Below, in pieces: positions 55,068-64,000 of a stretch of DNA of 64,000 bases. A program made the translations under genes and the position numbers. This DNA is from Lachnospiraceae bacterium. Lineage in GTDB: Bacteria > Bacillota > Clostridia > Lachnospirales > Lachnospiraceae. The stretch is taken from NCBI GenBank assembly GCA_017441585.1, contig JAFRWW010000009.1:4456-68455 (forward strand), given 5' to 3'. The notes under the pieces are model-generated. The model ran no database searches and had not been told where the DNA came from. It saw nothing but the letters and a program-made list of their open reading frames with translations. Position 1 is the stretch's first letter. Each line of letters begins with the position of its first letter.

Positions 55068-56867
55068 TCAAAAGCCTCTGAACCTGTCATATCTTTGTTC
55101 TGCTATGTCAACACCCTTTTTGTTGTCAAAAGCCTGAACAAAATCAATGAGTCCGTCTCTGATGTACATGGATATGGCCATGGCAGTCTGTGTATCAGCT
55201 CCGCCGTATTCAGGTATTATCTCCTCTATGATGCCCAGCTTCTTAAGCTCCTGGGCAGTTATCTTCATCACATCAGACGCTTCCTGTGCCCTGGTGGAAT
55301 CCTTCCAGAGTATGGAGGCAAAACCCTCGGGAGAAAGCACGGAATATGTGGCATTCTCAAGCATCCATACTTCGTTGGCAACGCCCAGGGCCAAAGCTCC
55401 GCCGGAGCCGCCTTCACCAAAGAATATCGAAAGTACAGGCACCTTGAGGGCAGACATCTCATAGAGGTTACGGGCAATGGCTTCGCCCTGTCCTCTCTCC
55501 TCCGCCTCTTTTCCGGGATATGCCCCCGAAGTATTTACAAAACATATGATGGGCTTATTTAATTTCTCCGCCAGCTTCATGACACGCAAGGCTTTGCGGT
55601 AACCCTCGGGGCCTGCCATACCGAAATTGTGTACCTGGCATTCCTTTATGTCATTACCCTTTTCTATGCCCACGGCAAAAACGGTCTGTCCCGCCAGGGT
55701 ACCCACTCCGGCCACAACAGCCTTATCATCCTTGCACTGTCTGTCTCCGTGAAGCTCATAGAAATCTCCCAGGATATTATTTATAAGGGTGGTACAGGTG
55801 GGTCTGTCAATGCTCCTGGCTTCCCTCACCTTATCCCAGGCACTCTTGGGCATCCCGGTAGCCATCCTCTCCTTAAGTATCTCGGAAGGAAGATATTTAT
55901 CCGGAATATGATCAAAGCCTGTCCTGAACACACTGCGGTCACGATCAAGAGTATCATTTTTACAGGTCTTCAAAAGGAAAGCCAGTGTGCTCTTAAGCTT
56001 ATGTCTGGTGACAATGGCATCCACAAAACCGTGCTCCAGCTGAAATTCCGAACGCTGGAAGCCTGCCGGAAGTTTCTCACCTATGGTCTGCTCTATGACC
56101 CTGGGGCCTGCAAAGCCTATAAGTGCTCCGGGCTCAGCCAGTATCACATCTCCCAGCATGGCGAAACTGGCAGTCACGCCTCCGGTGGTGGGATCCGTCA
56201 GAACCGATATATAAAAGAGTCCCGCATCGGAATGAGCCTTAAGGGCTGCGGAGGTCTTGGCCATCTGCATCAGGGAAACGATTCCCTCCTGCATTCTGGC
56301 GCCGCCGGAACAGCAGAATAAAATGACGGGGAGCTTAAGCTGTGTGGCCTTTTCCACGGCCCGGGTGATCCTTTCTCCATAGACTGAGCCCATGCTTCCC
56401 ATAAGGAATCTGGAATCACACACACCGATCACACAGTCGTTCCCACCTATTTTGGCACGTCCCACAGTGACACCCTCGCTGAGTCCCGTCTTTTCCCTGA
56501 CGGATTCCAGCTTATCATGATATCCGGGAAAGCTCAAAGGATCGGTCTCATCGATCTCGGTGCACCACTCTTCAAAAGAGCCTTCATCAATGACCATCCT
56601 AAACCTGTTTTTTGTACGGACTCTGAAATAGCCATTACACTTGGGGCATACATACAGATTGGCCTTGGCTTCCCTTCTGCTGACCATGCCTTTACAGGAA
56701 GGACATTCGATGAGATCATCTGCCACATCCGCTTCAGCATTGTGCCTTTTATTTATGGCGTCCATTCCGCGTCCGGCCAGATTCTTTATCTTATTTATGC
56801 CGTCACTTATCTTTTCCTTGTTTATTTTTTCATTTATCTTATTTTTTTTATCATTTATAAAATCCAT
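55068..56867 (-). CDS. accDA: acetyl-CoA carboxylase carboxyltransferase, fused beta (AccD) and alpha (AccA) subunits
   Basis: N-terminal AccD zinc ribbon CPSCKGMV...CPKCNGYFR and a CT-beta domain, followed by a CT-alpha domain (DRPTCTTLI..., [18 protein letters not shown]). One 599-aa ORF. Confidence 0.87.
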   Translation of the reverse strand: MDFINDKKNKINEKINKEKISDGINKIKNLAGRGMDAINKRHNAEADVADDLIECPSCKGMVSRREAKANLYVCPKCNGYFRVRTKNRFRMVIDEGSFEEWCTEIDETDPLSFPGYHDKLESVREKTGLSEGVTVGRAKIGGNDCVIGVCDSRFLMGSMGSVYGERITRAVEKATQLKLPVILFCCSGGARMQEGIVSLMQMAKTSAALKAHSDAGLFYISVLTDPTTGGVTASFAMLGDVILAEPGALIGFAGPRVIEQTIGEKLPAGFQRSEFQLEHGFVDAIVTRHKLKSTLAFLLKTCKNDTLDRDRSVFRTGFDHIPDKYLPSEILKERMATGMPKSAWDKVREARSIDRPTCTTLINNILGDFYELHGDRQCKDDKAVVAGVGTLAGQTVFAVGIEKGNDIKECQVHNFGMAGPEGYRKALRVMKLAEKLNKPIICFVNTSGAYPGKEAEERGQGEAIARNLYEMSALKVPVLSIFFGEGGSGGALALGVANEVWMLENATYSVLSPEGFASILWKDSTRAQEASDVMKITAQELKKLGIIEEIIPEYGGADTQTAMAISMYIRDGLIDFVQAFDNKKGVDIAEQRYDRFRGF

Positions 56868-56898
56868 GACCAGACCTCTGTTCCATACACAACCTGAC

Positions 56899-57327
56899 TT
56901 AAGATATTGCGCAGGTTATCTCACATACAGCAGCCACTTCCCCGTCTACCGTGGCCTTGCCCCTGCATAAGCTGATAGGGCCTTTCTCCTTGATCAGTTC
57001 CAGTTCCAGCATAAGTACATCACCGGGAACAACCTTACGCTTAAACTTGGCGGAATTAATGGCGGCAAAATACGCAGTCTTACCCTTATTCTCTTCTTTC
57101 CGGAGCACACATACCGCCCCTACCTGGGCCATAGCCTCTATTATGAGGACCCCGGGCATCACCGGATTACCGGGGAAATGGCCTGCAAAAAAGGGTTCGT
57201 TCATTGACACACACTTCTTACCCACGGCTCTTATCCCGGGTTCTATCTCCTCTATGGTATCTATAAGCAGAAACGGATTCCTGTGAGGAATTATCTCCAT
57301 TATCTGCGCTGCATCAAGTACTGACAT
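56899..57327 (-). CDS. fabZ: 3-hydroxyacyl-ACP dehydratase
   Basis: Motifs [19 protein letters not shown] and [11 protein letters not shown]. 142 aa. Confidence 0.93.
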   Translation of the reverse strand: MSVLDAAQIMEIIPHRNPFLLIDTIEEIEPGIRAVGKKCVSMNEPFFAGHFPGNPVMPGVLIIEAMAQVGAVCVLRKEENKGKTAYFAAINSAKFKRKVVPGDVLMLELELIKEKGPISLCRGKATVDGEVAAVCEITCAIS

Positions 57328-57330
57328 TTC

Positions 57331-58566
57331 TTACTCCTCAAATCTGCTGACGATCAACGTCGCGTTATGGCCTCCGAATCCCAATGAATTGGAAAGAGCG
57401 TTCTTTACGCTCACTTCGCAGGGTTCCTTACAGTAATTCAGATCCATCTCCTCATCCATTTCCTGCCATCCCAGAGTCCTGTGGATATAGCCTTCCTGTA
57501 TCTCCTTTACGCAGGCGATAAGCTCAATGGCTCCGGCTGCTCCCAGAAGATGTCCTGTCATGGACTTGGTGGAATTGATGTATATATCCTTTGCGTGATC
57601 GCCAAAAAGTGCCTTAATGGCTCTGGTCTCGAAAAGATCGTTATGATGGGTACTGGTTCCGTGGGCATTTATATAGTCTATGTCATCGGGTGTGAGTCCT
57701 GCATCCTTAATGGCCTTTTCCATGGCCTTTGCGGCGCCGCTTCCATCCTCCACAGGAGAAGTGATGTGATAAGCGTCGGAGCTGCATCCGTAGCCTTTTA
57801 TCTCCGCATAGATCTTTGCACCTCTCTTTTTGGCGTGCTCCAGTTCCTCCAGCACCAGTACGCCGGAGCCTTCGCCCATGACGAAGCCGCTTCTTCTCTT
57901 ATCGAAGGGAAGGCAGCAGGTATCCGGATCCTCGGATGAAGACAGTGCGGTCAGGGCGCAGAAACCGCCGATGGCGATGGGCGTAACCCCGGCCTCGGTT
58001 CCTCCTGCCACCATTACGTCAGCCTCACCGTACTGTATGGAACGAAAAGCCTCGCCGATGGAATTGGTTCCTGTGGCACAGGCCGTGACCACATTGATGC
58101 TCTTGCCCTTAAGGCCGTAGGTAATGGCCACATTTCCCGCAGCCATATTAGATATCATCTGGGGAATGGTAAGGGGTGCCATCTTGCCGGGGCCCTTTTC
58201 ATTGAGCTTGAGAACTTCTCTTTCGGTCACCTGAAGTGAACCCACGCCGCTGCCTATGGCGGTGCCCACCTCAAAGGGATCTTCCTTTGTCATATCCAGT
58301 CCCGCGTCGGCGATAGCCTCGCCGGCAGCCGCCACAGCATACTGACAGAATTCCTCCATCCTTCTGGCAGACTTCGCATCCATATACTCTTTAGCATCAA
58401 ATCCCTTAACCTCTGCGGCTATGGTCGCCTTAAAACCTGTGGGATCAAATTTGCTTATCCTGGCAAAGCCGTGCTTTCCGGCCTTTAATCCGGCCCAAAA
58501 CTCATCCACGCTGTTGCCTATGGGGGTTATGGCTCCCAATCCGGTGATCACAACTCTTCTGGACAT
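57331..58566 (-). CDS. fabF: beta-ketoacyl-ACP synthase II
   Basis: Active site VTACATGTNSIG, plus HGTST and GHLLGAAG. The start at 58566 lies 5 nt after GGAGGT. Confidence 0.94.
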   Translation of the reverse strand: MSRRVVITGLGAITPIGNSVDEFWAGLKAGKHGFARISKFDPTGFKATIAAEVKGFDAKEYMDAKSARRMEEFCQYAVAAAGEAIADAGLDMTKEDPFEVGTAIGSGVGSLQVTEREVLKLNEKGPGKMAPLTIPQMISNMAAGNVAITYGLKGKSINVVTACATGTNSIGEAFRSIQYGEADVMVAGGTEAGVTPIAIGGFCALTALSSSEDPDTCCLPFDKRRSGFVMGEGSGVLVLEELEHAKKRGAKIYAEIKGYGCSSDAYHITSPVEDGSGAAKAMEKAIKDAGLTPDDIDYINAHGTSTHHNDLFETRAIKALFGDHAKDIYINSTKSMTGHLLGAAGAIELIACVKEIQEGYIHRTLGWQEMDEEMDLNYCKEPCEVSVKNALSNSLGFGGHNATLIVSRFEE

Positions 58567-58593
58567 CTTATACCTCCGCTGATTCAAAAATAA

Positions 58594-59334
58594 TTACATA
58601 CCGCCGGATACTTCCACGATCTGTCCGGTAATATACGACGCCTCCTTTGAGGCCAGAAAAGCTACCACTGCAGCTACTTCTTCAGGCTTACCCGCTCTCT
58701 TCATAGCCACTGCAGAAACGACTGCCTCCTTTGCTCCCTCCGGCATGGCATCCGTCATATCGGTCGCGATAAATCCGGGAGCTACGGCGTTGCAGGTAAT
58801 ATTTCTGGAGGCCAGTTCCTTGGCCACTGCCTTTGTGAAACCTGCCACACCCGCCTTTGACGCCGAATAATTGGCCTGTCCGGCGTTTCCGTATATCCCG
58901 GAAACGGAAGCAAGGTTCACGATCCTGCCGTATTTCTGCTTTAACATAATCTTTGAAAGGGGCTGGGTCATGTTGAACACGCCCTTCAAATTCGTGCCTA
59001 TCACACTGTCAAAATCTTCCTCGGACATCTTTAATATAAGTCCGTCCCGCGTGATGCCCGCATTGTTTACCAGCACATCAACCCTGCCGAATTCTTTGAT
59101 GACCTCACCGATCATGGCCTCACACTGTGCCTTGTCGGAGACATTACACTGCATGGCCACTGCCTTTGAGCCCAGAGCTTCTATCTGTGCCACCACTGCT
59201 TCGGCCTTTTCCTTTGAGCCCGAATAATTTACGATGACAGCCTGAGCATTATGCTTTGCAAATTCAAGAGCTATAGCCGCACCTATTCCGCGGGAAGCCC
59301 CCGTCACCAGACATACCTGAGAACTAAAATCCAT
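58594..59334 (-). CDS. fabG: 3-oxoacyl-ACP reductase
   Basis: SDR motifs TGASRGIG, NNAG and YSASKAG. Confidence 0.93.
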   Translation of the reverse strand: MDFSSQVCLVTGASRGIGAAIALEFAKHNAQAVIVNYSGSKEKAEAVVAQIEALGSKAVAMQCNVSDKAQCEAMIGEVIKEFGRVDVLVNNAGITRDGLILKMSEEDFDSVIGTNLKGVFNMTQPLSKIMLKQKYGRIVNLASVSGIYGNAGQANYSASKAGVAGFTKAVAKELASRNITCNAVAPGFIATDMTDAMPEGAKEAVVSAVAMKRAGKPEEVAAVVAFLASKEASYITGQIVEVSGGM

Positions 59335-59381
59335 TTCTTTACTCCATTCCTTATTCCGCTTTATACTTTACCGATAAAAGA

Positions 59382-60308
59382 TCAAAGTTCCTTAAGCTTC
59401 TCCAGATCTTCAAACTTATCCACGTTTATCACTCTGGCTTCCTTATTCATCCTCTTCATAAAGCCTGCCAGTGTCTTGCCCGGACCGATCTCCACGAAGG
59501 TATCAAAGCCGTCCGCAAAAAATCTTTCCATACTCTGCTGCCAGCGCACGGAAGAACATACCTGATCTGCAAGAAGGCCCTTAACCAAAGATATATCATT
59601 TACATAGTCCGCGGTCACATTCGTGATATAAGGCACCTTAGCCTCATTTAAGTTAACCTCTTCAAGAGCCTTGGCAAGCTTGTCCGAAGCAGTCTTTAAC
59701 AGGGCGGAATGAAAAGGTCCCGAAACCTTAAGGGGGATCACCCTCTTTGCGCCCACTGCCGACAGGGCTTCTCCTGCCTTTGTGACAGCATCGATGCTTC
59801 CCGTGATGACGATCTGTCCGGGGCAGTTATAATTTGCCACGGAGACCACCTTCCCGGTCTCTTCCGCGGTTTCCTTACAAATCTTTTCTATGAGATCGTT
59901 CTCGGCACCTATGACCGCAGACATGCCGCCGCCCTCAGGATAGGCTTCCTGCATATATATTCCCCTCTTCCTGATAAGGGAAAAGGCGTCCTCATAGCTT
60001 AAGATCCCTGCGGCAAGAAGAGCTCCGTACTCACCGAGTGAAAGGCCGGCGGCCGCATCAGGCCTGTAGCCCGCCTCCTCTATGGTCCTTAAGATGGCCG
60101 CTTCATCCGCCAGCATGGCGATCTGAGTATACTCGGTTATGTTAAGATCGTCATTTTCCTCAAAACACAGCCTGCACACATCCACGCCGGAACACTTTGC
60201 AGCCATTTCAAATACACTCTTTGCAGTATCACTGTTCTCATAAAAATCCTTTCCCATGCCGACATACTGCGAGCCCTGGCCAGGAAAGATAAATGCTGTT
60301 TTACCCAT
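59382..60308 (-). CDS. fabD: malonyl CoA-ACP transacylase
   Basis: Motifs FPGQGSQ and GLSLGEY, and a C-terminal FabD fold. Confidence 0.93.
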   Translation of the reverse strand: MGKTAFIFPGQGSQYVGMGKDFYENSDTAKSVFEMAAKCSGVDVCRLCFEENDDLNITEYTQIAMLADEAAILRTIEEAGYRPDAAAGLSLGEYGALLAAGILSYEDAFSLIRKRGIYMQEAYPEGGGMSAVIGAENDLIEKICKETAEETGKVVSVANYNCPGQIVITGSIDAVTKAGEALSAVGAKRVIPLKVSGPFHSALLKTASDKLAKALEEVNLNEAKVPYITNVTADYVNDISLVKGLLADQVCSSVRWQQSMERFFADGFDTFVEIGPGKTLAGFMKRMNKEARVINVDKFEDLEKLKEL

Positions 60309-60328
60309 TATATCCTCTTAAAAAACGA

Positions 60329-61255
60329 TCATCTGTTGCCGAGAAGTTTTTCGGCACCGCTCATGATATCGTCGATTATCTCCTTACATGTATTCTGCTG
60401 TTTGATCATACCTGCGATCTGTCCCGCCATGACGGTACCTGTCTTGATATCGCCGTCAATGACCGCACGTCTCAGTGAACCCAAGGTCAGCTTCTCCATC
60501 TCCTCAAGTGAAGCTCCCTCTTCCTCCAGCTTAAGATACTCTCTGGTGAGCTGGTTTCTGATCTGTCTCACGGGATGGCCGTTCTTACGTCCGGTCACCG
60601 CGGAATCTATATCCTTTGACTTGATCAGACGCTCCTTATAGCTTTCATGGACTATGGATTCCTTTGCCACCACAAATCTGGTACCGATCTGCACGCCCTC
60701 AGCCCCCAGCATCATGGCTGCGGCAAAACCTCTGCCGTCAGCAATACCGCCCGCTGCTATAACGGGGATGGATACGGCGTCCACCACCTGGGGCACCAGA
60801 GCCATGGTAGTAATATCTCCTATATGTCCTCCGGCTTCGGTTCCCTCAGCCACCACAGCATCGGCTCCGGCTCTTTCCATCATCTTGGCCATGGCCACAG
60901 ATGCGACTACGGGAATGACCTTAACGCCGGCGTTTTTCCATGCGTCAATAAACTTCCCGGGATTTCCCGCGCCGGTAGTCACCACCTTGATCCCTTCCTC
61001 GATGACTATCTTTGCCACTTCTTCGGAATTGGGATTCATCAGCATGATGTTTACGCCAAAGGGCTTATCGGTAAGCTTCTTTGCTTCCCTGATCTGTTCC
61101 CTAACTATCTCGGGGGGCGCGGAAGCCGCGCCGATAAGGCCGAGACCGCCGGCATTAGCCACGGCCGCAGCCAGATGATATTCAGCCACCCAGGCCATGC
61201 CACCCTGAATAATGGGGACCTCGGTGCCCAAAAGCTCCGTCACTCTGGTTTTCAT
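60329..61255 (-). CDS. fabK: enoyl-ACP reductase II (FMN-dependent, nitronate monooxygenase family)
   Basis: Motifs PIIQGGMAWV and AAGGIADGRG. Position between acpP and fabD, as in streptococcal and clostridial clusters. Confidence 0.88.
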   Translation of the reverse strand: MKTRVTELLGTEVPIIQGGMAWVAEYHLAAAVANAGGLGLIGAASAPPEIVREQIREAKKLTDKPFGVNIMLMNPNSEEVAKIVIEEGIKVVTTGAGNPGKFIDAWKNAGVKVIPVVASVAMAKMMERAGADAVVAEGTEAGGHIGDITTMALVPQVVDAVSIPVIAAGGIADGRGFAAAMMLGAEGVQIGTRFVVAKESIVHESYKERLIKSKDIDSAVTGRKNGHPVRQIRNQLTREYLKLEEEGASLEEMEKLTLGSLRRAVIDGDIKTGTVMAGQIAGMIKQQNTCKEIIDDIMSGAEKLLGNR

Positions 61256-61297
61256 AATAAAATCTCCTCAAGAAATTCCTTTAAACTTAAAAATGGG

Positions 61298-61342
61298 AAA
61301 AAAAGCGTAACGGCACGACTCGAGATCGAATCCTGCCGTTAC
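61298..61342 (-). terminator. rho-independent terminator/attenuator after acpP
   Basis: 9-bp stem gtaacggca/tgccgttac (61307-61315 / 61334-61342) with an 18-nt loop, followed on the minus strand by GCTTTTTTT. Confidence 0.6.
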
Positions 61343-61348
61343 TGTGAT

Positions 61349-61573
61349 TTACTGATGGCTCTCAACGTAATCTATTACGTCCTGAACTGTAGAGATGCCC
61401 TCAAGATCCTCTGAAGGGATCTCCACGCCGTACTCTTCCTCAATCGCCATAACAAGCTCAAAAAGGTCAAGTGAATCTGCATTGAGATCATCCGTGAACT
61501 TTGAGTCTGCGGTGATAGTGGAAGCATCAATTCCAAGCTGGTCTGCGATGAGCTCTGAAATCTTCTCTAACAT
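61349..61573 (-). CDS. acpP: acyl carrier protein
   Basis: 74 aa with the phosphopantetheine site LNADSLDLFELV. Confidence 0.94.
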   Translation of the reverse strand: MLEKISELIADQLGIDASTITADSKFTDDLNADSLDLFELVMAIEEEYGVEIPSEDLEGISTVQDVIDYVESHQ

Positions 61574-61616
61574 GTTTTAATCTCCTTTTCTCTTCAAAAA
61601 ACAACAATGAAAAATT

Positions 61617-61631
61617 GTTTGACTATCAAAC
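61617..61631. promoter_or_regulatory. perfect palindrome GTTTGA-NNN-TCAAAC, a FabT-type operator candidate
   Basis: gtttgactatcaaac overlaps the -10 and the predicted start site of the acpP promoter. Confidence 0.5.
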
Positions 61632-61658
61632 TATATCTATATCTTGTGCTCATGTCAA
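61630..61658 (-). promoter_or_regulatory. sigma-A type promoter of acpP / the fab operon
   Basis: Minus sense: TTGACA (61653-61658), 17-nt spacer, TATAGT (61630-61635). Confidence 0.65.
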
Positions 61659-61694
61659 GTAAAAAAGCGTATATATAAGACTGAAACTTGCATA

Positions 61695-62546
61695 TCAGCG
61701 GAAATATATGGGCCTTCCGAGGCCAAATCTTTCCGCATCGTCACATGACCTTATGAGTCCGGCAAAATAAGCGTCCGTATCCGAAAAGCTCTGAGTGATC
61801 TCATATCTGTCCCTGGCTCTTTGGGAATACACCGAAAACATGATATCATCCGAGTCCGTTTCCTTTAAGTGGGTTACATACTCCTTTGTCACAAGGTGCG
61901 TGCCATCGTCAGGGTCCTTGGCATAAAGGTCCGGCAGACCGAAGCAATGGAGCATCTCATGAGCCACTATGGCCGCCGAAATCTCCTCATTTTTCATGTG
62001 CGCATATAATAAGGAAAACTCATCTTCCGGATCCGAGGGCTGCATCCACATGTAGGTGGTGCCCGGATAAGCGTAGCCCTTGGGAGCATTTATATAGAAA
62101 AGATAAATAATCCCTCTGCACTTTTGTGCCTTCAAAAGGGCCCTGCGCTCTGACGTGATCTCCTCACTGTTTAAGAATTCATCCACCGCCTCGGTATCAT
62201 GAACCTCTCCTGACAGTTCGGCGTCAAAATCCTTATTAATGATAAGCCTTGAGTCATCACAGTTTCCGGAATGTACGAATTCTACGCTGCCACCGTACCT
62301 TGCCACGTTCTCTTCTATATAATCACATGCGCTTTTTAATATTTTAAAGAAGTAATATCTGTCCTTTTCATCATCCCTGTTCCACTTGTAATGAGCGTCC
62401 CCGGCCATAACGGTAACAACCGCTATTCTTCCTTTGGGTTCCTTTGCCCATCCATACCTGTGTCTCCTGCCTCCCATGAAGGCGGCAAGAATAAATAACA
62501 GGGTAAAGACAGAAATCACTATCCCGGATCTGATTCTTTTATCCAT
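61695..62546 (-). CDS. membrane-anchored hypothetical protein with an HExxH zinc-metallopeptidase-like motif
   Basis: N-terminal TM (IVISVFTLLFILAAF) and the motif VAHEMLHCFGLPDLY. No further family assignment is possible by eye. Confidence 0.45.
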   Translation of the reverse strand: MDKRIRSGIVISVFTLLFILAAFMGGRRHRYGWAKEPKGRIAVVTVMAGDAHYKWNRDDEKDRYYFFKILKSACDYIEENVARYGGSVEFVHSGNCDDSRLIINKDFDAELSGEVHDTEAVDEFLNSEEITSERRALLKAQKCRGIIYLFYINAPKGYAYPGTTYMWMQPSDPEDEFSLLYAHMKNEEISAAIVAHEMLHCFGLPDLYAKDPDDGTHLVTKEYVTHLKETDSDDIMFSVYSQRARDRYEITQSFSDTDAYFAGLIRSCDDAERFGLGRPIYFR

Positions 62547-62737
62547 GGATCCCTCTCATAGTTTCATCTTTGTTATTTATTATTTTATCCGTTGGAGTCA
62601 ATGCTCTGTTTTGAGAATTTCAGATCCGATCCACAGCCGGAACCCGCATAAAACCTTAATTTTGACTCAAGTGGTCATTTGCATTGATTTTTTCATTTTC
62701 AAAACGTCCGGTTTTTGACCGAACAGATTTTTCACCT

Positions 62738-64000
62738 TCAAAACCCCATTGCAAGATAATATTTCTCGCCGAAATCCTCCAGGTCCGGCAGGGAAAGGAT
62801 ATTCATGCGTTGAATGATATCCTCTAGTTTTCCAATATATATATCACTCGTTTTTTCATTTTTAAGGGCATATTCTATTCCTTTTAGGGATGAATTCCCG
62901 GGCACCTTTATCCTGTGGGCGCCCGCTCCCGGAAAAAGTCCGATTTCCATCAGATCAGGAATGCTCAGACGGTATCCAAAAGCGCCCGTTATATATACAT
63001 TCAGATCCTCAGGTGCCTTGGAAGGATCCCCTGCCATGCGGATCAGATAGGCAAAAGAACAGGCTATGGCAGCCTTGGCCAGCTGGATATTCCTTATGTG
63101 TTCCTGTTTTAGCACATGTCCGTTTACGGGATAGCCCGTCTCAAAATACTCATCCGCCAAAAGCCCTGTGCGGTCTATGACGCCATCTCTGAGGCCCTTT
63201 GCCGTCAGGGATATCATCTCTGAACCCTCCAGATTTAAGGAAGCATCCCCCGAAAAGGCAGGGCCCGCCGCAGCCGAGAGAGCCAGATAGCCGTCTCCTT
63301 TTTTATATATCATCTCCGCATTGGTGCCCAGATCCACCAGCAGATAGTCCCCGCCGTCATATCCCGGCTCATTTTCCACAAAATATGCACCGCTTATGGC
63401 ATCTGAGCCGATAAACGCGGATGCACCGGGCAGTACATATATCTCAAAGCGCCCGAAGGCAAAATGCTCTTCCTTAAGGCTCACTCCTTTAAAAGGAGCA
63501 CAGCCAAGGCTCGTGGTATCATACCCCATCAAAAGGTGGACCATGGCAGTGTTGGCGGCTATAAAGGCGCCGCGCAGAGTCTTATCAGGATCCAGATCTT
63601 CCAGGTTTTCCCCGATACACTTAAGGGTAAGCCTTTTTATCTCTTCAGCCTTGCCCGACTGAGCTGCACTCATACGGCTGATCACATCAGAGCCATATCT
63701 CAGCTGTGGATTGAGACACACCCGGGTCTTTCCCTTATAACTAAAGCCTATACTGGTGGTACCCAGATCTATGGCAGCAAAATTATGTAAACCATCCGTC
63801 GCCTCCGGAGATGTACCTTCCGCCTCATTTTCTGCTGTATCTTCCGTTGTTATCAGAAGCTCCGAGGCATCTCCCTTAAACTTATGTAAACCATACTCCT
63901 TTTCCCTGAAGTCACAGAGGATCTCATCACCGTCCAGGGCCCGGCTACTGCAGGAAAGTAAAGACAGATACTCATCCTTCCTCCTGACCCTGCAGACACA
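62738..64000 (-). CDS. ASKHA-fold ATPase-like protein (DUF4445 / RACo C-terminal-like); N-terminus beyond the window end
   Basis: The track ORF starts at a GTG (63721), but my in-frame hand translation stays open to 64000 (...AAIDLGTTSIGFSYKGKTRV-CLNPQ...). AIDLGTTS and LVDLGTNAE are ASKHA phosphate-binding motifs. Confidence 0.6.
   Translation of the reverse strand, partial: CVCRVRRKDEYLSLLSCSSRALDGDEILCDFREKEYGLHKFKGDASELLITTEDTAENEAEGTSPEATDGLHNFAAIDLGTTSIGFSYKGKTRVCLNPQLRYGSDVISRMSAAQSGKAEEIKRLTLKCIGENLEDLDPDKTLRGAFIAANTAMVHLLMGYDTTSLGCAPFKGVSLKEEHFAFGRFEIYVLPGASAFIGSDAISGAYFVENEPGYDGGDYLLVDLGTNAEMIYKKGDGYLALSAAAGPAFSGDASLNLEGSEMISLTAKGLRDGVIDRTGLLADEYFETGYPVNGHVLKQEHIRNIQLAKAAIACSFAYLIRMAGDPSKAPEDLNVYITGAFGYRLSIPDLMEIGLFPGAGAHRIKVPGNSSLKGIEYALKNEKTSDIYIGKLEDIIQRMNILSLPDLEDFGEKYYLAMGF

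Noticed and set aside
61307-61342. A tRNA-like fragment (atcgaatcctgccgttac resembles a T-loop plus acceptor 3' strand).
   Set aside because: There is no D-arm or anticodon arm and no complementary 5' acceptor strand forming a cloverleaf. The segment folds as a simple 9-bp hairpin followed by a T-run directly after acpP, so I call it a terminator.

Overview
This is a 64-kb chromosomal segment that looks Firmicutes/Clostridia-type. That is inferred from gene content (FabK-type fab cluster, HydF, GerM, ComEA/ComEC, a dgt-dnaG-sigA-trmK-nif3 block, type-A-like RNase P RNA). It resembles Lachnospiraceae, but I cannot verify that without a search. There are about 55 CDS, almost all on the minus strand. 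Only rnpB and a two-gene operon (Gx transporter plus NusG_II) are on the plus strand. Most of the window is housekeeping: purL, proA, rnpB, a uridine-kinase-family protein, nif3, trmK, sigA, dnaG, dgt, a CaCA antiporter, comEC/comEA flanking a two-component system, argD/argG, mazG, valS, hydF, prfA/prmC, rpmE, rho, malic enzyme, and a fab cluster (acpP-fabK-fabD-fabG-fabF-fabZ-accDA-fabH). Six parts are less ordinary. (1) An AT-rich gene-cassette array at 1-3350 sits next to purL. It carries a stand-alone ABC/SMC-type ATPase tightly paired with a 305-aa protein of unknown family, and a 21-nt perfect repeat precedes two of the cassettes. This is my best candidate for an undescribed system, and the evidence is weak. 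(2) A family of short intergenic repeats occurs at four loci. One copy is nested, one supplies the comEC stop codon, and the purL and surface-protein genes share a homologous leader. (3) The valS leader is about 225 nt and highly structured, but does not read as a T-box. (4) Five genes form a translationally coupled operon: degenerate-GGDEF/EAL protein, membrane protein, Sel1-repeat protein, HydF, GH25 muramidase. (5) A perfect FabT-like palindrome lies on the acpP promoter, in a fab cluster that lacks fabT, accB and accC. (6) A surface-protein gene contains a 15-bp in-frame tandem repeat. I recognised no CRISPR array, tRNA, rRNA, integrase or transposase. All functional calls come from reading motifs in the translations. 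No database search was run.
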